Below the pieces are notes generated by a model. That model made no database searches. It saw nothing but the letters and a program-made list of their open reading frames with translations, and was not told where the DNA came from. From Octopus sinensis (lineage: Eukaryota), in the NCBI RefSeq assembly GCF_006345805.1, contig NC_043010.1:46500001-46564000 (forward strand): DNA of 64,000 nucleotides, written 5' to 3'. Position 1 is the first letter of the stretch; each line of letters begins with the position of its first letter. Shown one piece after another: positions 36,771 to 49,648 of the stretch. Made by a program: the position numbers and the translations under genes.

Positions 36771-37944
36771 TGTAAGAAAAAAATATTATATAAGAATATG
36801 GACAAGATATGGTATTCATATGTTAGCTTTACATGATTTATACACTTATGTCATGTGACTCAATCCATTGGTCAGGTGATCAGTGCTAACATGAGAGAAG
36901 CTTTGTTATTCAGAAGTATAATGTTTCTGGAGGCTGAAAGAGCTCTTACAAGTTTAGCTTCGCTTGAATAAACACTTGGCTTCAATAAACACTTAGGAGT
37001 TCTTCATTATTAGACTTGAATAAGCACATTACCAGACTTAAGGGTGATATCTGAAAACATGCTGCTTTATATCTGATCACAGCCCATTCACTTGGCTATT
37101 AAAAAATATATATAAAATGCTTAATGAATATTGCTGAGAATGCTTACTTTGTGTGAATGATATCCTAATCTGGCCAGGAAGAAAATTTTGCTTTCCATTT
37201 GCTTACCTAACAACACTTACTATAACAGCTGCAACCAAGTACCAATTTGCTCTAGTTACTCACTGTGTGTGTCACTGTTATCTTTATGTGTATGTCTTGT
37301 GTGCATGCATTCATGAAATTGCTTATTTTCAAGAGTTCAGCTGAAATTGCCAAGTCTGATGCTTATTCTGTTGGTCTCTGTTGCTAAGTTACAGGGATGT
37401 AAAAAAACCAAGCTTACAAGTGGTAGTTGGGGGACAAGCACAAAGACACGCACATACACACACACACACATATGTGTATAATGACGGGCTTCCACACAGT
37501 ACAGTTTCTATCTACCAAATTCACTCGCAAGGCATTGATCAGCTTGAGGCTATAGTAAAAGACACCCATTGTAGTTGTGCTGTAGCCTAGCCACAATTTC
37601 ATCATTGAATATATATATATATATAAAAGAACATAAACATTTATGTATCTGTTTTGCAAGATACTTGATGTGAAATCTGTACTGAAACAGATGTTATATT
37701 TGTGGGTGGTCATATTTTGCTAATTAAACACACACTCACTATATATTTGGTCTTCACTTCAGCTTTATTATTATCATTATTATTATCATTATTATCATTA
37801 TTATATTATTATTATTATTAGTTTAATTGTCAGAGTCCTTTTGTCACACATTCTGTGATCTCTTAAAGCAACTTTCTGTCCCATATGTTTCCTCTTGTCC
37901 ATCCTATTCCATTTTGTCTTTCTCAGGTAAATGAACTTAATAAT

Positions 37945-38385
37945 AATAATAATAATGGTTTCAAATTTTGGCACAAGGCCAGCAAGTTCAGGAGAAGAGC
38001 TAAGTCGATAAATCGACCCCAGTTTTCAACTGGTACTTTATTTTATCAATCCTGAAAGGGATGAAAGGCAAAGTTAGCCTCTGCAGAATTTGAACTCAGA
38101 ACGTAAAGACACAAAATGCCGCTAAGCATTTTACCTGGTGTGCTAATGATTCTGCCAGCTCACCATCTTGCTAATGATAATTCTTTCAGCTATAGGCACA
38201 TGGTCTGAAATTTGGCAGGAGGGGAGTAGTCGATTACATCAAACCCCAGTGTGTAGCTGGTACTTAATTTATTGATCCCCAGAAGGAAGGAAAGCAAAGT
38301 CGACCTTGGCAGAATTTGAATTCAGAACATAGCAACGGGCAAAATACCGCTAAGCATTTATCCAGCATGCTAACAATTCTACCAA
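37945..38385 (-). mobile_element. Two tandem SINE A2 copies
   Basis: Two core blocks; (TAA)n at the tail end. Confidence 0.75.
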
Positions 38386-38390
38386 CACAC

Positions 38391-38443
<53 letters not shown>

Positions 38444-38530
38444 GTAATAAAAAGCTAAAGTGAAGATCAAATAAATAGTAATTGGCAAAAGATGACCATC
38501 CTCAAATATAACAATATGTATGTATATATG

Positions 38531-38572
<42 letters not shown>

Positions 38573-39067
38573 AATCAAAAAGTAATACCAAATCATAATG
38601 TAATTTACATTTTAGTATCTCTTCAAGATGCTAGCATAAAGTTTTTTTCGTGGTAGAAAAATAAAATATACAAAATAGACAACATATTTATGATTCATAA
38701 AAGTCCATTAATTAATAGTGACGCCCACCATGGAGCTGTTGCATGGACTGTTATGTTACTGAATGAAAAGATAGAAAAATATTTAAGTAGTAAAAGTATA
38801 AATAGAAAATTGTGTTCATTCAACTTTCTGCTGTAGATTAAAATAAGTTTTTTTTAATTGCCTATAAATTAGCAGAAATATGAGTTCTGTAATTCATGTG
38901 TACATGCACATGCACACACTCACACACAGATAAATACATACACACACACACGCACTGTCAAAGCTGAAGCTACATTTCATCATTACTGACATTTGTGTGA
39001 TTTGTTCATATGACATCTTTGTGTTGCTTGAGAAAACATACAGAAGTGAAAAACTTGGGATAACAAA

Positions 39068-39590
39068 TGAGTAAATGTCTCAGTGGTTAGAGCATCAGGC
39101 TTGTAATCATGAGGTTGTGAGTTCAATTCCTAGACTGAGCTGTGTGTTGTATTTGTGAACTTTATTTCATGTTGCTCCAGTTCACTCAGCTGTAGAAATG
39201 GGTTGTGACATCACTGGTGCCAAGCTGTATACCCAGAATAACATTGGTGGCTTGGAGAGGGGATGCTGGTATGCTTGAGTGGTTACTGGTCTTAACGCCA
39301 TGATAGACCGTTAGCTCCTACACGCATTTTTTTCTCTCCTTGTTTCTTTTCTGTGTATCTTTCTGTCGAAGAGCATAGGCTCGAAACGTAAAAGATTTGT
39401 TCTATTTCTATTCCTGAGCGCCATACTAATACATTTGTTTGTTTGTACTCCACCTGCCTTCGTCTTTTGTTTATTTTCGTAAACCTTCCCGTTATAAACA
39501 ACTTTGCCTGGACTTGTGCCTCGGGCAGTAACTTTCTAGGTGCAATCACATGGTCATTCATGACCAAAGGGGGATCTTTACCCTTTTATA
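39068..39590 (+). mobile_element. SINE family C interrupted by a PLE fragment
   Basis: Colinear with 16858-17190 except for the 39297-39497 insert. Confidence 0.7.
39297..39497 (+). mobile_element. PLE terminal-repeat fragment with variant hammerhead motif (39358-39395)
   Basis: tcttt CTGTCGA a gagc atag gctc GAAA cgt a aaaga. Confidence 0.6.
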
Positions 39591-39848
39591 TAATTCAGGT
39601 AAAAACATCATAACATGTATTTAAGAGCTCTTATGCCATTATTTGGCTACCACATGATATTCTACAGTAGGATATATTCCAGGTTTGGATACACATGCAG
39701 AACTGTGGTCCTACCACATATTAAAATATATTTGTTTGAAATTTTAAGGTGTTTCCATTATTTTGTCCAACTCTTGTATATGTATCTGATTTGAAGAAAA
39801 CAAAAATCCAGAGAAGAAGCACACTCTAAGATGTAGCGCAGTACATAT

Positions 39849-40100
39849 TTTAATGGGGAAGGCCGGTTTATGAAATTACCTTGGGTTTCCCCTCCATAAA
39901 GGGTTTAGCTTGATGATGTATCATCAGACCCCAAAATCTGTTGGCCTAAGAGCTCTTCAAAATATGGAATGGAAAAGGCCTCACTATTTTGAAGAGGTCT
40001 TAGGCCAACAGGTTTTGGGGTCTGATGATACATCATAACACTAAACCCTTTATAGACAGAAAACCCAAGGTAATCCAATAAACCAGCCTTCCCCATTAAA
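39849..40100. repeat. 252-bp fold-back (MITE-like) element
   Basis: Arms 39849-39964 and 39985-40100 are imperfect reverse complements. Confidence 0.88.
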
Positions 40101-40112
40101 GTGTATATGTAC

Positions 40113-40146
<34 letters not shown>

Positions 40147-40182
40147 ATACATATTATATATTTATATATATATTTATTTATA

Positions 40183-40225
<43 letters not shown>

Positions 40226-42288
40226 TTGTGATAAGAAACAGAACTGCTTGGTACACATTTTGTGTGTAGATTTTGATATATATATATATATACATATATC
40301 TGTCATATGCAAGGTAAACAAGATTTCTTATCAGGACTGGAGGCTTTGTTCAAATCAGCCAATTTTGTTAACTGCACTAATCTGCAGATTGAAAAACATT
40401 TTTCTTTCAATGAGTATTTCTTACAATCCACTAATTTATCCTGTTAACCAATAGGAAATCTGAATGAAACTTTTGGTATGGATTATTAAATATGTGACAA
40501 TCATATCTATTTGCTCATAAACTCTCACAGACACACATTTGTTTGTTTAACATCTGTTTATGTTTGTGTGTATGTGTGTATTTGTTTGATCATTCAACAT
40601 GTTTTTTCCATGCTATCATGGATTTGGGCAAATAATTATTTCATTATTTGAAGCAGGGTTTTATGCTTTGATGCTTTTGTCATTAACCCTTATCAGTTTT
40701 CAAATAAGGATTTGTTTTTCTTTTTCTTCTTTTTTTCTTTTTTCTCTTTTCTGTTTTTTTTCTTTCAAGTTCAGAGGTCTTTGAAAGCACAGTGCAACTG
40801 ATCAGAATGTCCATTGACATTTGCATACACACACTCATACACTGGGCTTCTTACATTTTCACTCTACCAATTTCCTTCACAAGCAAGGCATGGGTTGGTC
40901 TGGGCAGATACGTTAGGACGCTGGCCAGAATGCGTAGCCGTATTTCGTCAGCCGTTGCGTTCTGGGTTCAAATTCCGCCGAGGTTGACTTTGCTTTTCAT
41001 CCTTTCGGGGTCGATAAATTAAGTACCAGTGACGCACTGGGGTCGATGTAATCAACTTAATCCATTTGTCTGTCCTTGTTTGTTCCCTCTGTGTTTAGCC
41101 CATTGTGGGTAGTAAAAAATATATATTAGAAGACCCTTAACCAGAGTGCTACACATTGGGATTGAACCTCAGACCATATGCTTTCGAAATAAGCTTATTA
41201 ACCATACAATCATACTTGTGCCTATTGAGTATTCTGTTGTTTTACCAACTGAGTTCCTACTCAAGATTTGGATATTCCTCATCTATGTATACCCTTAATG
41301 CAATTATCAGGCTAGATTGGCATGTCACATTATCTCATGACTGGACTTTTGAATTAGAGGTACAACCCTAAGAGAAAGAGAAAATTCAAACCCAATACGA
41401 GACTGATAATTTATCAATCTCAAAAGGATGAAAGGCACAATTGATCTTGGTGCAATCTGAAGTCAGACTACAGAGAACTAGAACAAATATTGGTTTCAAG
41501 TTATTTCCCTTTCTCTTTGTGACTTGCCAGTAATTACCACTAGGGTTTTATTTACTTTCTCCAAATTGGAAGAAAATTTTTAGTAATTAAAAGTTTATTG
41601 CATATGGCTTTCAGTGCATTACACTCCTATTTAATTATCCTAATTCAGGAAATTAATAGTGTCATTAGAGTGTTGGATAGAATGTTTTACAGTATTTGTT
41701 CTGATTCTGTGTATTCTGAGTTCATTACCTACCGAGGTCAACTTTGTCTTTCATCATTTTCAGGGTCAGTAAAAATGTACCAATCCACAACGGTGAATTG
41801 GTAGAACTGTAATAACATTGAGCTGGACGCTTTGTCATATTTGAGCTTTTATTGTTATAGTCAGCAGTTCCACACAGTAACTTACTACATGGTAACTATG
41901 ACTTATTAAGGATCTAAAGAGACATTGTTACTTTCAACCTTGTTTCTTTTATAAACTGTTACTCGTTATCAGTTCAGATATTTAATATAGTTGAACATTA
42001 TAATAATAATAATTATAATAATTTGTTCAAGTTCTTTGCATTGACAGTAATTATTATCTGGATAATTTCTCATAGTAAGTACTATTACTTCTAGTTTACT
42101 CTTTTATTGACTGCAGCCATGTTGGAGCACTGCCTTTTAGTTGAGCAAATCGACCCCAGGACTTATTTTTTGTAAGCCTAGTACTTATTCGGTATCTTAT
42201 GCTGAACCTCTAAGTTACAGGGACATAAACACACCAGCATCGGTTGTCAAGCAATGTTGGGGGGATAAACCCAGACACGCAAACATAT

Positions 42289-42337
<49 letters not shown>

Positions 42338-43210
42338 ATATCCAAATAAGCAACAAGGATATCTAAGGTAGTGTAGTACAATCATTTCATGCTACTTCAT
42401 TTTATTAAACAATGTAAGTATTACATCAGTTTTAAAATGTAAAGCAATCTTCAGCCTCATATAGAAATTTTTTAATTAAATGGACAATGTACATTTTTAT
42501 ACTTATCTCATTTGCCAAAATTACAAAGAGGGTAGATATATAGACAGAAAGGTTAATTTTATCATTAAGAACATGGTAGTAGAAGGTCCTTCTCCATCTG
42601 TAGATTTTTTTATCTAGATAAAAAATCTAGTTATGATTTTATTTAACAAATTCTCTCACAGATTCACACACCTTCAGCTTTTCTTAGCCTTGTAAAAGAA
42701 TTTGGATGGTTATGCTTCCAACCAAGCCTTTCATGGTACTCTTAATGCCCAAAATTTTTCAGCACCCCTTCGTGTGTGTGTGTGTGGATAAATATATACA
42801 AAGCATTGAGTGTCATTTTGCTTAATGTTACTTTTATTCGGGTGAAATACATATTCTCTCAAGAAAGTCAGTTCTGTCGAACAAGATGGAATTTACACAA
42901 TAATTTGTCACATGCCAAACTTCGGAAGGTACTCCTTATTTTTATTGTTTCACTTAGTGATGGAATTTATAGAACATATTTGCTGTTTGCTCATTGTCTA
43001 AATGTTCGTTATATTAGGTCATTACTTAAACATTGATATTATTTAAATATGCCAATTAAATGTACTATGTCAAACTATAATCAAGATATAGAAGCTGTTG
43101 GCTCTAAAATAATTGTTGTTCACATGTAAGTTTTTATGTAACTATCAATATATATAATGATTTCATAAATATTATTTTAATAATGTAATAATTATATATA
43201 TATATATATA

Positions 43211-43639
43211 TAAATAAGGATAAGATTGTTAATTTAAATATTGATCTTATCAAGTGGCTTGCATGGGAATAAAAACCTTCAAAGGTAAAAATTATTATTA
43301 AAATTATAGTTTAGGGTGTCTAAGAGATACCTCCACACTGGAAATAGCGGCCAAAATTTGACTCTAAAACTACATTAAATGTTCATACAGCACCAGGAGA
43401 GAAGACAATACTGTATGAACATTTAATGTGGTTTTAGAGTCAAGTTTTGGCTGCTATTTCCAGCGTGGCAGTATCTCTTAGATACCCTAAATTATAATTA
43501 TATTTCTCCTATGTTTCCGACGAAGAGCTCCGCTCAAAACGTTAAACCTTCCTTCTTTCCTTCTTTCCTGAGCGTCCAATAATACTATATTTGTTCCACG
43601 TCCTCGCGTTGTTGTGTTTTTTGTGCTTTCTTGTTGGAT

Positions 43640-43643
<4 letters not shown>
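43211..43643 (+). mobile_element. (TA)n-flanked PLE-like insertion with an 89-bp-arm hairpin and degenerate hammerhead
   Basis: Inverted repeat 43302-43390/43411-43499; gttt CCGACGA a gagc tcc gctc AAAA cgt t aaac at 43513-43547. Confidence 0.6.
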
Positions 43644-43695
<52 letters not shown>

Positions 43696-43764
43696 CTGTT
43701 TTTTTAATTACTAAGAAAGGTAATTGATGGATATTAAAAGGAAATGTTTGTTTTCATTTTGTAG

Positions 43765-44307
43765 ATGCCAGTTCATTAATTCCCAACCCAGCAAATATTT
43801 CCAACCTGGCTGACTTGACATCAGCTTTGCAGTCTATGGATTTAAGTCACAACAACAGCACCAACAATGCCCTCACCATGGCCAGCAACCATCACAACAG
43901 TTCTTCAAACAATGCCAATACCACCATGGTGCCTATAGTACGTTTCCACAAGAATGTCGACTTCACACCTGTTTTCTTTCATGATATATGTGGTCATAAT
44001 GTGTGTCTGGACTCAGAGAAGACTGTCGCTGTACGTCTCCCAGAAGAGTACTGCAATGGATATGTCTTCACTTCAAGACCTATTAGCAATGAAATAATCG
44101 TCATACAGATTCTTGGAATTGACCGATATTATGAAGGAGGTCTTGCATTCGGCTTTACTACATGTGACCCTGCCATCTTAAGCCACGAGGAATTTCCAGA
44201 TGATGCCGACCAGTTTCTTGACCGACGTGAATATTGGGTGGTGAACAAAGATGTCTGCCGTGTTTCAGATATTGGCGATGAACTCAGTTTCTATCTCACA
44301 ACAGAAG
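43765..44307 (+). CDS. neur: Internal coding exon of neuralized (NEURL1-type E3 ubiquitin ligase): N/S-rich linker plus N-terminal part of NHR2
   Basis: Acceptor ttttcattttgtAG (43763-64) and donor aagGTcagt (44308-09); 543 nt, phase 1-1, open throughout. The peptide FFHDICGHNVCL..EYCNGYVFTSRPI..GGLAFGFTTCDP..PDDADQFLDRREYWVVNKDV..GDELSFYLTTEG matches, from recall, Drosophila Neuralized NHR2 (FCQGYVFTARPI..LPNDSDFLLDRPEYWVVSKDI..GDEIAFFV). Confidence 0.93.
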
Positions 44308-44544
44308 GTCAGTACTTGGTTAATGTGTCCCTCTTTCCTTAAACCTATTCTTCCCACACATATTTTACTAATGCCATAGAATTTTTTGTTTTAGCAAAGG
44401 ATGGCTGAGAGCTTATGGATGTTTTTGATATTTTGTTTCTTATAATCCTGTTCATTCAGCTTAAGACCAATCCAGAAACAAGTGGAAGGAGGTTCAGTTA
44501 GCATGGGTCTACGGTTCTCAGGAAGCTACGATCTGTTCATATAT

Positions 44545-44960
44545 ATTCTTTTATTCTTTTACTAGTTTCAGCCTTTAATTGAACAAATTGATCCCAGGAC
44601 TTATTTTTTGTAAGCCTAGTACTTATTCTATCGATTTCTTTTGCCGAACAGCTAAGTTACAGGGACATAAACACACCAGCATCGGTTGTCAAGTGATAGC
44701 GGGGGAACAAAACACACACACATACACATATATTTACATACAATGGGCTTCTTTCAGTTTCCATCTACCAAATCCACCCACAAGGCTTCTGTTGGCCCAA
44801 GGCTATAGAAGAAGACACTTGCCCAAGGTGCCATGCAGTGGGACTGAACCCAGAACCATGTGATTGGGAAGCAAGCTTCTCACCACACAGCCACTCCTGC
44901 ACCTGAGACTGAACCTGGAACCATTTAGTTGTAAAGAGAACTTCTTAATGACACAGCCAT
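44545..44960 (-). mobile_element. SINE family B with partial head duplication
   Basis: Tail, microsatellite and head present. Confidence 0.75.
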
Positions 44961-45434
44961 GCCTATATATAATGTGATCTTCAAAGAAATCCTGATAGCT
45001 CCAGCGATAAAAAAATGTTAAATTATTGAAGTTCATTATTGGTTTGCAAGATTTAGAGAAGATATGAAGCCTGTCCTGAAAATAGAAGAGGAATTGAACT
45101 GACCATCTTTTTATTTAGAGATTAGCATAAAGACTGATCAAATTCTCTCTCTCCCCCTTCTCTCTCTCTCTCTCTCTCCTCCCTCTTTCTTCTCTGCATT
45201 TCTTGTTCTTTTCCTTCTTTCTCTCTTCTACACACATAACTTTCATACAAACTATGGGAGCACTGAAAATTGAACTTGCCCAACAGCTGGTTAATTTAGT
45301 GACAGAAGCTCAGACAGACATAAGTGTATAAGTAGGGAGGATAAAGAAGCATTTCATAAACATGTCTGGATGAAAATGCTATAGAGACCATCTATGCACA
45401 CACTCACTCACACACACATACAAACACACACGCG

Positions 45435-45474
<40 letters not shown>

Positions 45475-46264
45475 CTGTATATACATACAAACACACACTA
45501 CACTGACTCTTCCTCCAGAAGAAATCTTGACTACTAACTGCTGCTTGTAGTCAAAGAGCTGACATGTGGCACTGATAAAGATGTTAATGGTCACAGCCAA
45601 ATTCATATATGAACACCATCACCCCCACCTCCACTACCTCAGAAGATAAGCAGAGTTAGAACAAGACTGTTTTGGTTCAATTATGGAGGTCATTCGGATA
45701 TTATATATGCACATAAACACTAACTCGGTTATACACATACTTTTACATATACATATGTGAATATATATATATATATATATATATATTTCCAACTATAAAA
45801 TGAAGAGAATGTGAAGAATGTATGGGAGTCTTAGATGTACATAAAGACAGGCTTAAGAAAGAAATGTTGACTACAAACTTTCAATTCATTAAGACTAACC
45901 TCTGATATCAAATCCATAGAATCCATTTAGTTTGTCAAGAATTCTTTCACATCACAAGTCCTCAAATGCCATTGCTAAATTCAGTGGAATATTGAGCCAC
46001 TTACACACTTATTCAATAGCCTAGTAGTTCATTGATCAAACAATTGAATATTCTTCGTCAGAAATTCTGACCGAGATCCATTATATATAGAGACACATTC
46101 ATAGCAGTATGACTGAGAAGTTTGCTTCCTAAAAACTGGTAAGGTTTAATGACTGGAAGAGCATCCAGCTGATAAAAAATAATACCTCTATAACTCAAAA
46201 CACCACCCTGTCATCATGCTCTGCTGAATGTGTAATGTCAGCGTGCAAGAGAGACAACTGCGCT

Positions 46265-46460
46265 GGTGTGATGATGTGATGCGTATGGAAGATGACAGCT
46301 GTGTGAAGAAGTGTCACACCCGTGGAAGAGGTAGACCTAGGAAGACATGGAATGAGGCAGTGAAGCACAAACTTTGAACATTAGGCCTCACAGAGGCAAT
46401 GATAAGCGACCAAGACCTTTGGAGACATGCCATGCTTAAGAAGACCTGGGAAACTAAATG
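46265..46460 (+). mobile_element. RTE LINE ORF2 C-terminal fossil
   Basis: RMEDDSCVKKCH..RGRGRPRKTWNEAVK..LGLTEAMISDQDLWR. Confidence 0.7.
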
Positions 46461-47101
46461 AGATCATAGCCATGGCCGATGCCAGTGCAGCATAACTGGA
46501 AAAACATAACAAACTCTCTAGAGAAAGCACTGGGTAGGTGGGGGGGTTCATGTGGAGAAGAAAAGCAAGCTCAGGTCATAGAAAGCAAGATACCAGAAAA
46601 GGAGTGCATCTCCCTTGGGGCAGATAGCATGAGATTCATAATTCTTCAAATCATCAGCCAAGAACTCGTAGCTCTGCTGAATGACCTGAAAGAAGAAGAA
46701 AAGAGCAATTTACTAATTGAAGAAATTAGGTCAGATTTTATGGAGCACTTGAATAATAAACTGCTGGTGAAAAGCACTAGCAGCCTATGGACTGCTAAAG
46801 TGCAGCTACCTAAGAGGATGTGAAAGAATTCTTCCCTTGGCTGAGATTAAAAGTGTTCACAGGTGCCTTTAGAAATCCCAGTTTCACATCCTAAGAGCAG
46901 ATGTTGAGGGTCTAACTTAGGTGACTGCTCCTCACTCATATGAGAGTGGGTTGCTTTTGTTTGTTTCTGTTTGTATTTATTTATATTTTGTATAATGTAT
47001 CTGTATTCATTTGTACAATTTACTAATTTTTTAAGGCTTCATATATTGTAAAAAGCTTCTGCTGCTTCTATAATTTTTTTTTATATATATATGTATTTCT
47101 A

Positions 47102-47190
<89 letters not shown>

Positions 47191-47195
<5 letters not shown>

Positions 47196-47423
47196 CCCGG
47201 GTTGATTCGGGGTTAACCACAGTAAATAAGGTACTCAATACATAGCAGAGTAAATTAATTTATTATATAGAAGGAGCTTCTACAGGACTAGAATTTATTA
47301 TATAGAAGGAGCTTCTACAGGACTAGAACTGTTTCATTCAAGAGAATCTTCAGAAGTTCTGTGCTTCCTGAAGATTTCTCTTGAATGAAACAGTTCTAGT
47401 CCTGTAGAAGCTCCTTCTATATA

Positions 47424-47429
<6 letters not shown>
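47191..47429. repeat. (TA)n-flanked fold-back with a 35-bp tandem duplication
   Basis: Direct repeats 47257-47291/47292-47326; inverted repeat 47293-47356/47364-47429. Confidence 0.85.
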
Positions 47430-47467
<38 letters not shown>

Positions 47468-47699
47468 GTATGTATTCTACATAGAGTGTTCTGTTTTGTA
47501 TTTCTACATATCTATATATATATGTATGTATTTCTACATAGAGTGTTCTGTTTAGTATTTCTACATATCTAGTAACCCATTTATATAAGTACATGATCCT
47601 TGTCTTGTGTCACACAGTGGGACTGAACCTAGAAGCATGTGGTTAAAAAGTGACCTTCTTAGTCATACACCTATGCCAGTAATCATTCTTACTGTGCAC

Positions 47700-47915
47700 A
47701 AAGGCAGCAAGCTGGCAGAATCATTAGCATGCCAGGCAAAATGCTCAGCAGCATTTTGTCCATCTTTATGTTCTGTGTTCAAATTCCACTGAGGTCATCT
47801 TTGCCTTTCATCCTTTCAGGGTTGATAAAGAAAGTACCAGTAGAGTACTGGGGTTGATATAATCAGTTTACCCTTCCCTCAAAATTGCTGGCCTTGTGCC
47901 AAAATTTGAAGCCAA
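47700..47915 (+). mobile_element. SINE A2
   Basis: Family A head and core with A2 tail. Confidence 0.75.
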
Positions 47916-48461
47916 TATTTCTTAGTGTGCACAGGAAACAATTTAGAAATTAAGTATAATTGTAGTTATATCAAAAAAAAAAAAAGAAGTGATCTTAACT
48001 TTGCTTTTCTTTTGGAAAAATTAAAATGCAAAATTAAAACAAATTATTTGTTATGGGTGATGGAAGCAGTATTGGTTCAAAATAGCATTCTGTGTATCTT
48101 ACTTAACATGGAAAGCCAGAAAACCATACTACAAGTGAATTTTTACCTAGTCTGTTAAGTATTTGTGATACTAATGATTTGTTAATCGCTGTTTTTCTAT
48201 ATATCGGTTGAGGAGGCATGCAGTTGCTAGAGGATGCCTTCTGCTGATGACACTCAGAGAAGCTGAAATCTAGATTAAGCAGTTCAACCACTGCCACTAG
48301 ACTCTTGTCATTTGCTACTGATATACTTCTGTGCTTTGTAGCACAACAAGCATTTTGTCTATACAAGATGCTTTCTTGAGACAAATCCTGCAGTTTCCAC
48401 CCCTTCTTCAGTGTATCTACTTTAAGTAAGTTATATATGGATATATTTGGTACATCTTTCG

Positions 48462-48843
48462 TCTTTTATCTGTTACAGTCATTAGGCTATGGCCATGCTG
48501 GGGCACTGCCTTGAAGAAGAAATAAACCCCAGTACTTTTTTTTTAAAGCTTGGTACTTATTCTGTCAGTCTCTTTTCACTAAACTGCTAAATTATAGGAA
48601 GGTAAACAAACCAACACTGGTTGTCAAGTGGTGGTGGGAGACAAACGCATGCACACGCGCACACACACACACATATACTACGGGCTTCTTTCAGTTTCTG
48701 TCTACGAAATCTACTCACAAGGCTTTGGTCGGCCTAAGGCTATAGTAGAAGACATTTGCCCATGATGCCATGCAGTGGAAGTGAACCCAGAACCGTGTGG
48801 TTGGGAAGCAAACTTCTTACCACACAGCTATGCCTGTGCCTAT
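48462..48843 (-). mobile_element. SINE family B
   Basis: Full match, diverged. Confidence 0.8.
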
Positions 48844-49648
48844 GAAAAACTATTTTAAAACAAATCATATTTCATCCAATGAGGAATTAAGGGGTACTAG
48901 AAAGCATTTTACATGATTCTGTCTTGAATTATATGTTTTCCATATTGGTTCTCCTTGGCTTATTTCAGCATTTAACCATGACCTTACTGCATGTTAGGTC
49001 AAAGTTCCCATTGAAGAACATGCATATAAATCACTCTGGTAATGTCTTTTATGCAGTAAAGTTGAAGATGTTTTCTGGTGGATATAACAATCACTGAAAT
49101 ATATCTACATCATCAACATGTAATAGCATGCTTGTTGTACAGCAGATGTGTAGGAGGCAGTGCACCTCACAGGGTTCATCATTAGGGTTAGTGGAAGACT
49201 TAGCAGCTTGATGGTGTATCCATATTTCTCCTGATCAAATTGCATGCCTTGGTAACTGAATTGGCACCAGCAGTGGAGCCATTAATAGAACAGTATCTAA
49301 GGTCTGTACCACCAGCATCTGGAAGGAAAAAAAATGATTACACAACTTTTCACTGTAATTAACAACGAACTATTTGCATTTGTATAAGCAGGTTTTATGA
49401 TGTTTGGGTTTTGGGAATAAAAAAAAGGGAGGAAATGTTCAGGGAAAATAAGCAGATGAGTGTTCACTGATATTAAATATATCTAAAGAAATGAGGGACT
49501 GGCTTTAGAAGACCTAAAAGACATAAACAAGAGAAAAACAACAGATCATTGTTATATACAAAAGAGAATGATGACCATTGTCATATTACTCAATTAGTGT
49601 TGTGACAACTCTTCTGTCAATCAGCTGGTATTACAGCTTTCATAATAT

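Noticed and set aside
40015-40075. CTGATGA in the 252-bp fold-back
   Set aside because: No helix II, GAAA or helix III in the right geometry.
42601-42629. Short AT-rich palindrome agatttttttatctagataaaaaatct
   Set aside because: Low complexity; expected by chance.
48400-48475. VSTLSKLYMDIFGTS as the missing NHR2 C-terminal exon
   Set aside because: Lacks the conserved Trp, has no suitable acceptor, and abuts a SINE; likely chance.
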